Shown here: positions 14,777-28,136 of the stretch, in pieces | Position numbering within the stretch: the stretch's first letter is position 1 | How the letters are laid out: every line of letters starts with the position of its first letter | Assembly (NCBI GenBank): GCA_951406725.2 | Contig: OX597817.1 | Span: 40,114,001-40,178,000, forward strand | Length of the DNA stretch: 64,000 bases | Source of the DNA: Octopus vulgaris | Lineage: Eukaryota | Direction of reading: 5' to 3' | Notes under the pieces: generated by a model | The model's database searches: none | Told to the model about the DNA's origin: nothing | Seen by the model: only the letters and a program-made list of their open reading frames with translations | Translations under genes and position numbers: made by a program

Positions 14777-15168
14777 CCTGGCTTCCGTGCCGGTGGCACA
14801 TAAAAAGCACCATTTGAGCTTGATTGTTACCAGCCTCACCTCACTGGCACTTGTGCCAGTGGCACGTGAAAAAACATTCAAGCGAGGTCGTTGCCAGTGC
14901 TGCTGGACTGGCTCCTGTGCAGGTGGCATGTAAAAAAAACACCATTTGAGCATGGCCGTTGCCAGTACCACCTACCTGGCCCTCGTGCTGGTGGCACATA
15001 AAAGCACCCACTACATTCTCAGAGTGGTTGGCGTTAGGAAGGGCATCCAGCTGTAGAAACTCTGCCAGATCAAGATTGGAGCCTGGTGCAGCCATGTGGC
15101 TCGCCAGACCTCAGTCAAATCGTCCAAGCCATGCTAGCATGGAAAGCAGACGTTAAACGATGATGATG
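14777..15168 (+). mobile_element. RTE 3'UTR-type repeat, sense orientation (antisense copies near 9250, 11567, 23300, 31166, 40139, 41339)
   Basis: Ends in gacgttaaacgatgatgatg; shared core ggcgttaggaagggcatccagctgtagaaac. Confidence 0.8.
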
Positions 15169-16221
15169 TATAACTCTACTGAGGTGTAACAATACATTTT
15201 AGCTATGCTTCTAGTTACAAACTTAATGTGTCTTTCTGGAGAATACATGAGATTTTGGTCATGTTGTTGCTTACAACACTACATTGATAAATTATATTTG
15301 CATTAGTGAGCAACAAAAGATTTTTATCTTCACTAATCACAGGCATGGCTGTATGGTTTAGAAGCCTGCTTTGCAACCATGTGATTGCAGGATCAGTCAA
15401 CACTTGGGCAAGTGACTTCTACTATAGCCCTAGGCAAACCAATGCCTTGTAAGTGAATTTGATTGATGGAAAGTGTGTGGAAGTTCATCATGTGTGTGTG
15501 TGTATATATACAAGGTTGGCCAAAAGTCTCCTAACAGTAAATCAAAACCATTTAATTCCAAGATTTAACAACTGAATGAATTTAATAAAAGCATCTATAT
15601 ATGAAGCATCATGAAAATTGTTCAAATTGAAATCCTTTTTGAGCGACACATTTTTCTATTCGAGTCAATACAGAATTACAGATAGTATTTATGGAATTTT
15701 GATTTACTGTTGACCGAACATATAGAGACATGTGGTCAGAAAATATTTCTAATTTTTCTTTTCCACTAACTACATGACACAAGTGAAGTTGGAAGAAAGA
15801 TAAAAGAAAAACAATTTGTTAAAATGTTCAAACCTGTTCTGAATGGAAATAGCTGCAATGATATAACAACCAGTTAATGATGATGATCATCATCACCATT
15901 GTTTAATGTCCATTTTCCAAAAAAGGCTGAACATATATAATATGATCCTAAATACTCTGTATCTCATAATTAAATGGAATGGTCATGGCTGGAATCATAG
16001 GTTCAGAGCTGGGCCAGGTTATACAGGAACAACATTTATTTATTGCTTTCCTTTCTGTCTGTCTGTCTGCCTCTCTCTGTCTCTCTCTGTCTCTCTCTTC
16101 TCCCTCTCCCCCTCTCTCTCTCAATACATTTTCTGATTCTTGTTTTACATACTTCAAAAGCCTACTTAATGGTAATGTGAACTTTTAGCTTCTGTAATCA
16201 GTCTTTCTCTTTCTGTTGCAG

Positions 16222-16329
16222 GAAATTATGAGCAAACTTCGGACAGAGTTGGTCACCATTCAAAGTAATGATAATGTTCCGGCTTCAGACAAAGGAAGTT
16301 CCTATGATATGATGATTGAACAAATGAAG
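16222..16329 (+). CDS. Nesprin-like gene, exon 6 (GC donor)
   Basis: ttctgttgcag|GAA acceptor; EIMSKLRTELVTIQ...MIEQMK; ends at AAG|gcaagt, the only donor I found that keeps phase 0. Confidence 0.8.
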
Positions 16330-16789
16330 GCAAGTACAAATTTATTCTAGTTTTATGAAGTTTGTTTAAATCGTTGCATGTAGCCGTAAGCATGGCTACA
16401 GAAGGCATCAAGAACAGCATCAAACAGTGGGAAACTATGCTCCAGTATGGTCTTATTTGACCCATGTAAGCATGGGAAGTTGACATTAAAGTGATGATGA
16501 TATATAGTGAGAGAGATCCTGCCTGAGTCATTTAGAGTAATAAAGCTGGGTTCTGGTTTCCATGGCATATATATTTCCTGCTTGGATGGGACACCAGCCT
16601 GTTGCAGGATTACTCATATTAGCCAGCTGAGTGGACTGGAGCAGTGTGAAATGAAGTGTTTTGCTTAAGAACTCATTGTGTCACCCAGTCCAGGAATTGA
16701 AACACAATCTTACAATCATACGTCCAACACCCTAACCACTAAACCACACACCTCAACTATATATATGTATATATATATATATGTATTCA

Positions 16790-17189
16790 TATTAAAATTA
16801 TAATTTAGGGTATCTAAGAAATACCACTATGCTGGAAATAGCAGCCAAAACTTGACTCCAAAACCACATTAAATGTTCATACGGCACCAGGAGAGAAGAC
16901 AAAGAGACAAAATAAACTAGCAAAACAGTTACTGGATAATTCCAGATCACGGATTTCTGGCTCTGCATAAGAAATGTTCTGCCTTCATCAGTGGAATATA
17001 CTCAGATATACACATAAATATACTCAGATATACACATAAATACAGATATATATACATACAACATACGAATACTATATATACAAATGTATACATACACACA
17101 TATGCACATGACCAGTTTTAGAGTCAAGTTTTGGCTGCTATTTCCAGCATGGTGGTATCTCTTAGATACCCTAAATTATAATTTTAATA
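16790..17189. mobile_element. Fold-back element with about 75-bp inverted arms (probably Penelope-derived)
   Basis: 16790-16864 is the reverse complement of 17114-17189; the spacer holds a hammerhead motif; flanked by TA-rich sequence. Confidence 0.75.
16939..16997 (-). ncRNA. Type I hammerhead ribozyme motif
   Basis: Minus strand: attcca-CUGAUGA-aggc...gcca-GAAA-tccgtga-UC-tggaat; 6-bp stem I, AUC triplet. Confidence 0.72.
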
Positions 17190-17291
17190 ATAATTATTAC
17201 CTTTGTAGGTTTTTATTCCCAAGCTGGCCACCTGATAAGATCGGTATTTAAATAACAATCTTATCCTTATTTATATGTATACATATATATA

Positions 17292-17338
<47 letters not shown>

Positions 17339-18699
17339 TCATCATTTAATGTTTGTTTTCCATTCTGGCATACACACACACAATTTAGAAAATATATTTA
17401 TGAATGATACACACACACTTACACACACGCATGCACACACAAACACACACACACATATGCTCTGAGTATCGTTCATCAAAAGAAGCAGAACCAGTTTTTG
17501 GCTGAAATGATTTCATCCATTGCAGTTACTGTCAGAAAATGTATGAATATCACAAGACTTACATCCTTCACATTCAAAAATTTATGGGTTCCATTTCCAC
17601 TTAGCGACAGAAATTAGAAACAATGAAGCCAATGCTAGAAATAGCAGTCAATTCTCCTTCAAAATATACCCTATCGTTTAAATTGAAGAACACATCAAAT
17701 ATGTATTCTATAGTATACTCTAAACGGGATGATGTTTACAAAGGCTAAGAACACCTTCAATCATAAGTTAGATTGATCAGAAATTGTCTGCAGGAGGGAG
17801 GAATTTAAGAAATAACAACTGAAAAAACTCCAGAGTATTCACAAACCTATTGGAAAGTATTAAGTGTTATATTCAAGCTAGCATCATGTTAAGCAAGATG
17901 CCAAAATAAAATGTAATATTCTATGAACAGGATACACATGTATTCATATAGGCTTACCTACACACATACACATGTATCATCTGTTTTCTCTCTAACATAC
18001 ACACACTCGATGGATTCTTATGTCAAATGTATTTATAGTTTAGTAGGGTGTCTAGCAACAAGTGATGTTCCATTTTCAGATTGCCATTATAAACAGCACC
18101 AGATCTATTCAGTAGATAATTCACCTGAAAATGTGGATAAGGTGAATAATTTACAGAACACAGAATATACAGTGGAACTGAAGCTAAACATCATGCTGAT
18201 TGCAATATCTAATTTAACAAGGTGCCAAGCGAAATAATTCTGAGTTTAGCTAGAAAACACAGGATCTCCATACTAATATGCATGCAAGTATCCATATGAG
18301 TCTAGCTTATTGAATATATGTATATGTATACTTATATATGCATATGACATGTGGGTTTGTGTTGATGCAGAGATGTGTATATATGTGTGTGTTTTTGTTT
18401 GTTTGTCTATGAATGTCTTCTCGTTCCTTACAGCCAGAACAAACAGCATGCTGAGGAATCCAAATTCAAAACTCCTTGTGTTCTTCAGCGTATTCATAAT
18501 TATAAAACACAGAAGTTGGTATCCAGTAATTGTCTTTTCATAAACAATGCCGAATACAATCTTCTTTTCACGCATTTTCAATTACATTTTGCATTTTCTC
18601 GCTAAAGCTTAGGGAGAATTTTCTGAATAACTGGTTTTGTTTTGTTTTGTTGTTTTTGTTATTTTATTCTTTTATTGCATCCAACAACATTTTATAAAC

Positions 18700-18932
18700 A
18701 TAAAGGAGTTATCTGAAAATATATTAACTAGTATTTAAAATAAGAAGGATATATTTGAAAGATTGTTTTATAAATGAAAAGGATGTATTTGAAAGAACAT
18801 TTTGTAAAAAGAGAAGGATGTATTAGAAAGGATATTTTATAAACAAAAGAATATATCTGAAAAAAATACTTCATGACTGGGAAGGATATATCTGAAATAC
18901 CATTTTATTATTTTGAAGGATATATCTGAAAG
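18700..18932. repeat. Degenerate tandem repeat of about 30 bp
   Basis: Recurrent gaaggatatat(t/c)tgaaa...ttttataaa units; resumes at about 19207 after a SINE. Confidence 0.7.
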
Positions 18933-21001
18933 GGAAAGGTGTGTGGCCTAGTTGTTAGGCTGTTACATTCATGATAGCTAGATCGTTGGTTCGATTCTCT
19001 GATTGGGTGGTGCATTGTGTTCTTGGACAGAACACTTCATTTCATGTTGCTCCAGTCCCACTTCCAGTAAGGGGTGAATGTTGGCTTGCTTGCTTAGTGA
19101 GCCAGGTAGTGTCATTTGAACGCTAAAATAATGTTAAGCACACTTGTGACCAGCTATGTGTAACAACATCTGATAGTCCAGTCTGTCATGTAGTGGTCAT
19201 TTGGTCATATCTGAAAGAATATTTTATAAATGGGAGGATCTTAACGCTTGTTATTTTTATTATTATTAATATTAGCTGGACCATGTTGAAAACTGAATAT
19301 TTGGACAACCACATGTCCTATTCCTGGAAATAATACTTCTTAATTCTCTCCAGTTCAATTTTTAAATGTAATAAGTCTGTGTATAGTACAACCAGTTGTT
19401 TTTTTTTTCTGAAAATAAGGATGACATTAAGAGTGGGAGATGTCAAATATCTCAACTAATAATAATGCCTAGCATTTGAACAAAGCTGCTGCTACTGAGT
19501 TACAAGTAGTGATATTGTTACCATTTCCTCTGTCAACAATTTGTTCACTGGCTTTGTACATTTGAAAATGTGGACTAAAAGATCCCTTACTTGGAAAACA
19601 GGTAAGGCTCAGTGACAGATAGGGCATCCAGCCATAAAACAATACCATGCCATTATGGAAGACCAAAGATAAAAAAACAAATAAACTAATGAAACTATAG
19701 TCAATAGATTAACACTTTTGATACCAACCTGGCTGAAACTGCCCCTGGCTCTGTAGTACAAATGTCTTGTTTTCAAAAGTTATGAATTAAAATCTTCCAC
19801 CAAACCTTAGTCACAATTTATGTTCCTAACACTAGCTTAATGATAACTAAGTTATTTTACTAAATTCTCTATTATGTTTAAAATTAATTGAAAGAAACAC
19901 AGAACATCTCAACTGAAGTATGGTAGTAAAAGGGCTAATTACCAGTATTTATCGAGTTCAGAAGGATGAACAGCAAAGTATATACTTCAGTGGGGTTTGA
20001 ACTCAGAACATAAAGAGCCATAACTAAAAACTCACAAAGCATTTTGTCCAACACCAACAATTCTGCCAAACTACTGCCCTCAACAAACATCATTTCAAAT
20101 TTTGGTACAAGGCCAGCAATTTTAACCCTTTGCCTGTTTAAGGTATTTTCCTAAGTTTGTCCTGCACATCCATGCTTGTTTTCAGATTTTTAGCTTGCCC
20201 TTGTTTCATATGTTCTGAGTAATATAAAACTTTAATTTCATAAGTTCCAAATTTCTGTGGTGGAGTGGCTTTGTATAGGTGCAGGAGTGGCTGTGTGGTA
20301 AGTAGCTTCCTTACCAACCACATGGTTCTGGGTTCAGTCCCACTGCATGGCACCTTGGGCAAGTGTCTTCTCTAATAGCCTTGGGCCGACCAAAGCCTTG
20401 TGAGCGGACTTGGTAGCTGGAAACTGAAAGAAGCCCATCATATATATTTATATATATATATATGTATATGATTGTGTTTCTGTGTTTGTTCCCCCTACCC
20501 CCACCATTGCTTGACAACTGATGTTGGTGTGTTTATGTCCCCGTAACTTAGCAATTTGGCAAAAGATACCAATAGAATAAGTACCAGGCTTACAAATAAT
20601 AAGTTCTGGGGTTGATTTGTTTGACTAAAGGTGGTGCTCCAGCATGGCCACAATCAAATGGCTGAAGCATATAAAAGAGCAAAAGAGTATTATGGTGGAT
20701 GGGTGACAAATAAATATGTCAAAGGGTTAAGAGAGAGAGAGAGAGAGAAATAGAGAGTTAGTCAATTACATCAACTCCAGTACATAACTGGTACTTATTT
20801 TATCAAACCCCAGAAATGAAAATCAATGATGACCTTGGTGATGTTTGAGCTGAGATTGTAAAAAGCTGGTAGAAATGCTGCTGAACATTTCATTTGATGC
20901 ATTAACAGTTCTGTCAATTTATTCTCAGCGAAATATTATTAACATATTTTAAAATGTTCTTTTAACTGATTTTGTGTTGTCATGTTTTGTTTATATTTTA
21001 G

Positions 21002-21142
21002 AAAGCTGAAATACAATTGAAAGAACTTGAAAGCAGTTTGAATGAGTTTAAAAGTAGAGAAGATGAAAGTTCTGCCATCCCCAACTGGATTTTCAGTGAG
21101 TTTACCGATCTACAACTGGCCTACATGGAAGCTAAAAGAAAA
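21002..21142 (+). CDS. Nesprin-like gene, exon 7
   Basis: ttttag|AAA and AAA|gtaaga; 141 nt; KAEIQLKELESSLNEFK...LQLAYMEAKRK; not in the ORF track. Confidence 0.85.
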
Positions 21143-21179
21143 GTAAGAACCTAGAGATTCTTTTAATTATCGTAATTGT

Positions 21180-21630
21180 GGTTGCCATCATCATTATCAT
21201 CACCATCATTATCAACATCACAATCACTATTGTCGTCTTTATCTTTATCATCATCATCATTGCTCTCTTCAGCATTTTCATCATCATTATTGTCATTGTC
21301 TACCTCCATATCATTATTATCACCATCACAACCACATCCACTATCACCATCACCGCCACCCCAACATTATCATCATCACCACTACCATCATCATCATCAT
21401 TGTCATTACCTGCCTCCTCATCATTATCATCATCATTATTGTCATCACTATCACCATCACCACTACTACCATCATTATCATCACCATCATCACCACTACC
21501 ATCATCATCATCATCATTGTCATTACCTGCCTCCTCATCATTATCATTATCACTATCATCATCACTATCACCATCACTACTACTACCATCATTATCATCA
21601 TCATCACCATCATCAACAGCAACAACAGCA
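21180..21630. repeat. Degenerate (CAT/CAC)n tract with an internal duplication of about 117 bp
   Basis: cattgtcattacctgcctcctcatca occurs near both 21400 and 21517. Confidence 0.85.
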
Positions 21631-21937
21631 ATTTACCATCTACATATCACCTATATAGGCATGGGTTGGCTGGATCTATTGTGTAGCCTATCATTGCCCC
21701 TTCTTAATCATTTGTCATTTTGTCTGTGACAACCAGCAGCATTCAGAAAGACCTGACCTCATCACTTCTTTCCATGTCATCCACCATCTCTTCTAATGCA
21801 ACAATTACTCTCCATTGTCAACATACAAAGGCTTTTATTTTCATCTTTTTCTTTCGTTTTTTTTTCCTCATCTCATTTTGTATATGAGTGCATTAAAAAA
21901 TTATAAAGAAAATTTATACAGATATCTTCAAGTTTGA

Positions 21938-21970
<33 letters not shown>

Positions 21971-22053
21971 ATATACATTTAGCATATGTATATTCATTTT
22001 TATATATGTGTGTATATGTAAATATGTATTTTTATATACATCCATCCATATGC

Positions 22054-22113
<60 letters not shown>

Positions 22114-22246
22114 GGGGAGGGAGAGATAGACACTGACAGACTGATATAGCTATATATATATAAAGACATATATCTATTCATATAAATGATTTTATATATA
22201 TATATCATCATCATCATCATCATCGTTTAACGTCCGCTTTCCATGC

Positions 22247-22278
<32 letters not shown>

Positions 22279-22280
22279 GG

Positions 22281-22350
<70 letters not shown>

Positions 22351-24565
22351 GGAGATAGATAGATAGGGAGATAGATAGATGTTCACTGTTTACACACATA
22401 TATATGCATGCATATATACATCCTTACATATATACGTTCATCTATGTTTAAAGAGTATTTGGTTGACACAACAACAGCAACAGTAATAATAAAAATGATA
22501 ATAATAATAACAACAATAATAATGCATGTCTCTACATACCTACAAACATATATACATATGTATATATAATAGTTAAAAGCCTATACAGTTAACACGCATA
22601 CCTGTTTCTCTCCTAAAGTAGGAGGTTATCAAGCAGTGTCATTATTCCAATATATACGTTTCTGTGTCAGAAACACAAAGGAAGCGCAGTTATTTCATGA
22701 AATTCAACGGGGTTCTTATTAAGCAAAATGTGAGTGGCTATAGAAAAACCAGAAAAGGAAAGAGGGAATGTAAAATGAAAGCTGGAAAAGAAGAGATAGA
22801 AAAGACTAATACAATAAACTTGGTCGATTAAACTTAGGTATTTGTCTTGTTGATGATTTGTGTTTATGCTTTGCTACATAGAATTTACAGAGTTTGTCCA
22901 TCTTTCCCCTCTTTCTTTCTGCCCCCTTTTTTCATCTTCTTTCTACCCTTTCTCTTTCCCATTGCTATTCTTTCTATAGTCACTCACTCCTTCCTAATAA
23001 GAAGCCCTCCCAGTTTCATGAAAATGCTGTTCCTCTTTTGTCATTTTGACACTGAAATTTATATATTGGAATAATGACAACACTCGTTTTTTTTTTCTTT
23101 TTTTATGATGCTTCCTAACCTCCCAATTTTTTTAAGGAAACAGGTGTGCATACGAAGTAGTATACAGGCTTTTAACTGCTATAGGTTACATTAATATACT
23201 CTGCTAACTGGTGTCAATTCCTTTGCATGGAGCATGGTTAACCTTGTTCTGTGAAGAAATATCAATCATACATACATATACATCTTCATCATTTATCATA
23301 ATCATTAACATCCATATTCCATGCTGTCATGGGTTGGTTGGTTTGACAGGATCCAATGTCTTTTTTGGCATGGTTTCTACAGCTGGATGCCCTTCCTAAT
23401 ACTAACCACTTTACAGCATGGCCTGGGTGCTTTTTTTATGCCACCTGCACTGTTGAGGTTACCATGCAGCTTTCAGAACTTATAAACCATTGGGCGGGTG
23501 GGGGATCTTCACACTTGTGGATGAGGGATGGAACTATGAGAAGTAGGGGCAATGTAGGTTCTTGTAGAGGATCTGCATGGCTACTCATGTCTAATAGAGG
23601 AAAGAGAGAGAAAGAGAAATGAGCAGTGAGAACTGCAAGATGTATGTGTGTGTATTCTATTACTAGTCTCAGTTTTTAGAATTGTAGGCATTGTTTTCTA
23701 GAATTTTCTTAAGTATATCGACCCCAAGTATTTTGCTTAGTATTCATATTTTTTGTCTTGTGAATGGCAAAGTCTACCTTGATGCAAAGAAGCATAGTTT
23801 ATGTATTGAATTAAATATAATAAGGTACTTTTGTTTGCTGTATTGATAATATTTAGCTATATGTATAAAGCTAGCAGGCTGAAACTTTCAGGTCACTGTC
23901 AGACCTCTTGTAAATGTTTAATAGATATGTACTCCACAAAAAAATAATAAATTCCTCAGTTTAATGTTAAATTGTTTTTATGATATACAACTTGACAAAA
24001 AAGAAAAAGTAAATATTTACACATACACAATCACACACACACACACATAAAGTATACAATGTTATAGATTCATAAGGCAACAAGCTGGCAGAAATGTTAA
24101 CATGCTGGGTGAAATGCTTCGCGGTATTTCATCTATTTTTATGTTCTGAGTTCAATTTCCACCGAAGTCGACTTTGTCTTTCATCCTTTCAGGGTCGATA
24201 AATTAAGTACCAGTTACTTACTGGGGCTGATCTAATCGACTGGTTCCCTCTGCAAAAATTTTAGGCCTTGTGCTTAGAGTAGAAAAAGTTATTTAAAGGC
24301 GGCGAGCTGGCAGAAATGTTAGCATACTGGGTGAAAAGCTTAGCAGCATTTCGTCTGTTTTTACATTCTGAGTTCAAAATTTCACTGAGGTCAACTTTGC
24401 CTTTCATCCTTTAGGGGTCGATAAATTTAGTACCAGTTGCATACTGGGGTCGAGCGAATCAACTAGCCCCCTCCCCCAAAAATTTGGGCCTTGTGCCTAA
24501 AGTAGAAAAGAATATTATAGATCTATTATAACCAATCTTACCAATCAGTTTTGCACAGGATATTA

Positions 24566-24610
24566 GGTAATCAGATGATTGTTTAATAACTGTATTCATC
24601 AGAGATTACC
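24566..24610 (-). pseudogene. Decayed hammerhead motif
   Basis: Minus strand: ggtaatct-CUGAUGA-ata cagt tat-tAAA-caatca-UC-tgattacc; 7-bp stem I, G12 lost. Confidence 0.5.
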
Positions 24611-24724
24611 AGTGTGTGTGTATGTGTGTGTGCAAGCAGAACTGTTTGGTTAGTTATGGAAGACTACTGTCATATCACCATATTAACACCCAACTACAAT
24701 GATTTTTGCTCTTCTCTTATTCAG

Positions 24725-24898
24725 GTGATGGACAGAAAGGCGACTTTACTCCAGTCCTCTTCAATCCAAATCCAATATGAAAAGCTTCTTGAGGACTTTG
24801 CAGATTTCTTGGTAACTGCTAAAAATAAGCTGAAGAAGTCAACCACCACCACTGCAAGGGATCTTACCCATCTTCAACAACAACTGAAGGCGCACAAA
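24725..24898 (+). CDS. Nesprin-like gene, exon 8
   Basis: ttattcag|GTG and AAA|gtaaat; 174 nt; VMDRKATLLQ...YEKLLEDFADFL...LQQQLKAHK. Confidence 0.9.
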
Positions 24899-25184
24899 GT
24901 AAATATTGCTTTCATTGATTGTTTGTCTTATGTGTGTTTTCTTTACGTATTTAATTGATTTATCCATTTATTCAACAGACATCCATGATATTATCTTCGT
25001 TATCACCATTTTATATCTGCTTTCTATGCTGGCATAAGTTAAACAGTTTGACAGGATCCAAGAGTTTAGAGCACCATGTCATACATTATTATCACAGTTT
25101 TGGCACGGCTTCTACTGATGGATGCTGTTCCCAATACCAACCAATTCACTAAGTTTACTGAATGTTTTCTATATATATATAGAT

Positions 25185-25276
<92 letters not shown>

Positions 25277-26366
25277 TTCTATGTCAAAATTGCAAGGAAA
25301 AAGCTGTTCTATCCAATTCTCTAGAATTAATTATGTTACAGGCTAACAATCTAAATTAATGAAAAATACTATATAAGGTGATAATTTAGCAAAGTCATTA
25401 GGACAGTGGATATTATTATTATTATCATCATGGAGGCAAACTTTCAAGCGTTGGGCCTCACAGAGACAATAACCAAGACAGTCAGGTACTAGTATCAGCC
25501 ACACTCGAATGGTGCTTCTTACATGCCACCAGCATGAGGGCCAGTCAGGCAGCACTGGCAATGACCACACTTGAATGGTGCTTTTTATGTGCCACTGGCA
25601 TGGGTGCCAATCAGATGGTACTGTCATTGGCCACAACAACAACTTCACTTACCTCAACAGGTCTCTTATTATGGTCAGAGTTCAAATCTGGCTGAGGTTA
25701 AATTTCATCTGCTTGGCATTGATAAGTAACATACCAGTTGAGTACTGAGATAAATTACCAGTCAAGTACTTTTTATCTTTCTCTTACTATCTTTTCACCA
25801 GATTTAAAATGTCCAAGTTGTGCCATATGTCACAACAGCACTCTATGACTCCATCAGCAGTTACGGGCCTCACCTATTACATCTATATTCTGCTAGTTCT
25901 AGGAAAATGTTTGAGAGAGAAAAAGAAAATCATCTTTTTAAATATCAAAGAAAAACAAACTATTATATGCAACAGAAGCAGTATTACATTTAAATAGTCA
26001 TATGTGTATCATATTCAATGTAGATAAACCACAAAAGCAAATTTACTGTAGGTTTTATTCTTGAGATATCTCGCTTGGACTTGCTGTCTTTAAAAACACA
26101 ACATACATCAGAAGCAGACATAAGTTATCTTCCTGATATACTTGCATTAAGTATGATAGATGGCTATTAAAGATTTTAAAAAATTCAAATGCCTAGTAAC
26201 CAACAGCAATGGTATAAGGAGACTAGTTACAAAAGAAAAATACATAAAACCCTTTAGTGTTCCTCTCACAATCTTACTTTCTCTCTATCTGTTTCTTTTT
26301 CCTTTCCTTATTGTTCTCATCCAAATACATATTTTAAGCTGTATATATATTTTTTTTCTCTTAAAG

Positions 26367-26848
26367 GACTTCTTCAGTGATATGGAAGGGCATCGGGCAT
26401 TGCTAGATTCTTTGGCTGAGCAGTGCGACCAAAGTATGCGTGAGCAACACAGAACCAAACACCAGCGTCTGAGTGACCTTACCGATGAAGTGAAAGATCA
26501 AGCAAATCTGTATGGACAGCACTTGGACCGTTTAGTGAAACTGTGGGTTGCTTTCAATATCCGACTTGGACAGCTGGAAAAGGAAATTACAAGCATCGAG
26601 AACAGCTGCATGCCTTTGACAAGTGAACCAAGCACAGGTGATTCCTTACAGGCCATCAGAGACAGAAAAGAAAAATACAAGGAAATTCAAACTGAAATGT
26701 CTCATGTGAAACCCCTTGTGTTCCAAGTGCTTGATGAGGGCAAGATGCTACTGCTGCAGGTCAACAGTTCATCTCTTGAAAGTAATGTGACTTCTATTGC
26801 TAGTACATGGGCTCACCTTCATGCACAAATTACAGACTCAAATAACAG
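26367..26848 (+). CDS. Nesprin-like gene, exon 9
   Basis: ttaaag|GAC and AG|gtggat (phase 2); 482 nt; DFFSDMEGHRALLDSL...KLWVAF...STWAHL, spectrin-repeat Trp pattern. Confidence 0.9.
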
Positions 26849-27499
26849 GTGGATACAGATTATTTTTCTTCCTTTTTTTTGTTTTACTCATTGGACTACA
26901 ACCATGAAGGGTTTGGTCAAACAAGTCATCATCAGTTCTTCTTTTTAAGCTTTGGTATTTATTTTATTGGTCTCTTTTGCCACAGTGTTATGTACATACC
27001 AGCTGCCAGGAATGTGTTTAATACATGAAATTGGTATATCCAATAATGTTACACTGCTATATTTAGAGGCTATTTAAGCAAAGAATTCATGAATGGTTAA
27101 TGTGTTGCATGTGGTGCTCATGAAGGAGCAGGAATGCCTGAAATATGGCATATAGTCCCATTACCTATTTTTCAATCTTCAATTGCATTGCTGCTTACAT
27201 TAAACATAATTGTATATGAAACATCATAACAAATCAATTCTGGCTCTAATTTCTATATAAAATCCATAGAGATAACCTTAACTAGTGATTTAATAGTACT
27301 GCTAACATAGTAGGATACAATATTTGCTTATGAACTATTTGATATACTTTGTAGTATGTTGTAGTTGCATAACAAAATATCAATGCCCCTACAAGTCTCT
27401 TGCAGCTGCACAGTGTTCTTAGTTAAATGATGAAGAAAGTGTGATGGTGTTGATGTTGGTGTCTTATTTGCTAGATAACCCGCATATTATTATTATTAT

Positions 27500-28047
27500 T
27501 GAATGACAGAACAGTGCATGCCTTCAAAGTAAAATATATGAAGCCCAGTATACCCATCATGACTAGCTGTCTGATAAGGGTATACCAGACATATGCATCA
27601 CCACCATATATGTGTGACATGGTGATCTCATGTCAAGATAAACTGTGCATGACCTTGCAGGTAAGGCCCAGTTAGTATTTCCTTCAGGTCGAGTAGCCCT
27701 TCTCACTCAAAAGGTCCTTGAATAAAGCTTGTTTAAGGATGTTAAACAAAATACTCATATTTCCAGAGATGAATTATCCAAACTCCAAAGAATTCCTCTC
27801 AACACATGACTATGATGCTCCCCCACTACTTCTGCTCATGATCAGCGATGCACATATCATCAGCCACCAAGGAACATGCTCAACTTGTTATGGTCAAACA
27901 ACTGACAAGCAAATCTGTGGTATTGAGCAGAAAATTTACTGTAGCCCATCTTTTATACCAAGGCAAAACCATGTACATGATAAGACTTCCAATCAGTTAA
28001 GATCAGAAGTCATGAGAGCCAGTGCCTGATACTGCATCAGGGCATTT
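27500..28047. mobile_element. Interspersed repeat between (TTA)n tracts; partial copy at 13825-13975
   Basis: agaacagtgcatgcc...gaagcccagtata...ctgataaggg shared by both loci. Confidence 0.7.
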
Positions 28048-28098
28048 ATTATTATTATTATTATTATTGAAACAAAGCTCAGGTTTGGTCTTATTATT

Positions 28099-28136
<38 letters not shown>

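Noticed and set aside
15510-15715. Short inverted match aacagtaaatcaaaa / ttttgatttactgtt with a Tc1/mariner-like start
   Set aside because: The right end is incomplete; this is an ordinary MITE remnant with too little support.
21176-21729. Long His-, Ser- or Ile-rich ORFs
   Set aside because: A trinucleotide repeat open in several frames, with no splice support.
27117-27150. CTCATGA-agg...cct-GAAA-tatg
   Set aside because: Two core changes and no stem I; at most an unprovable fossil.
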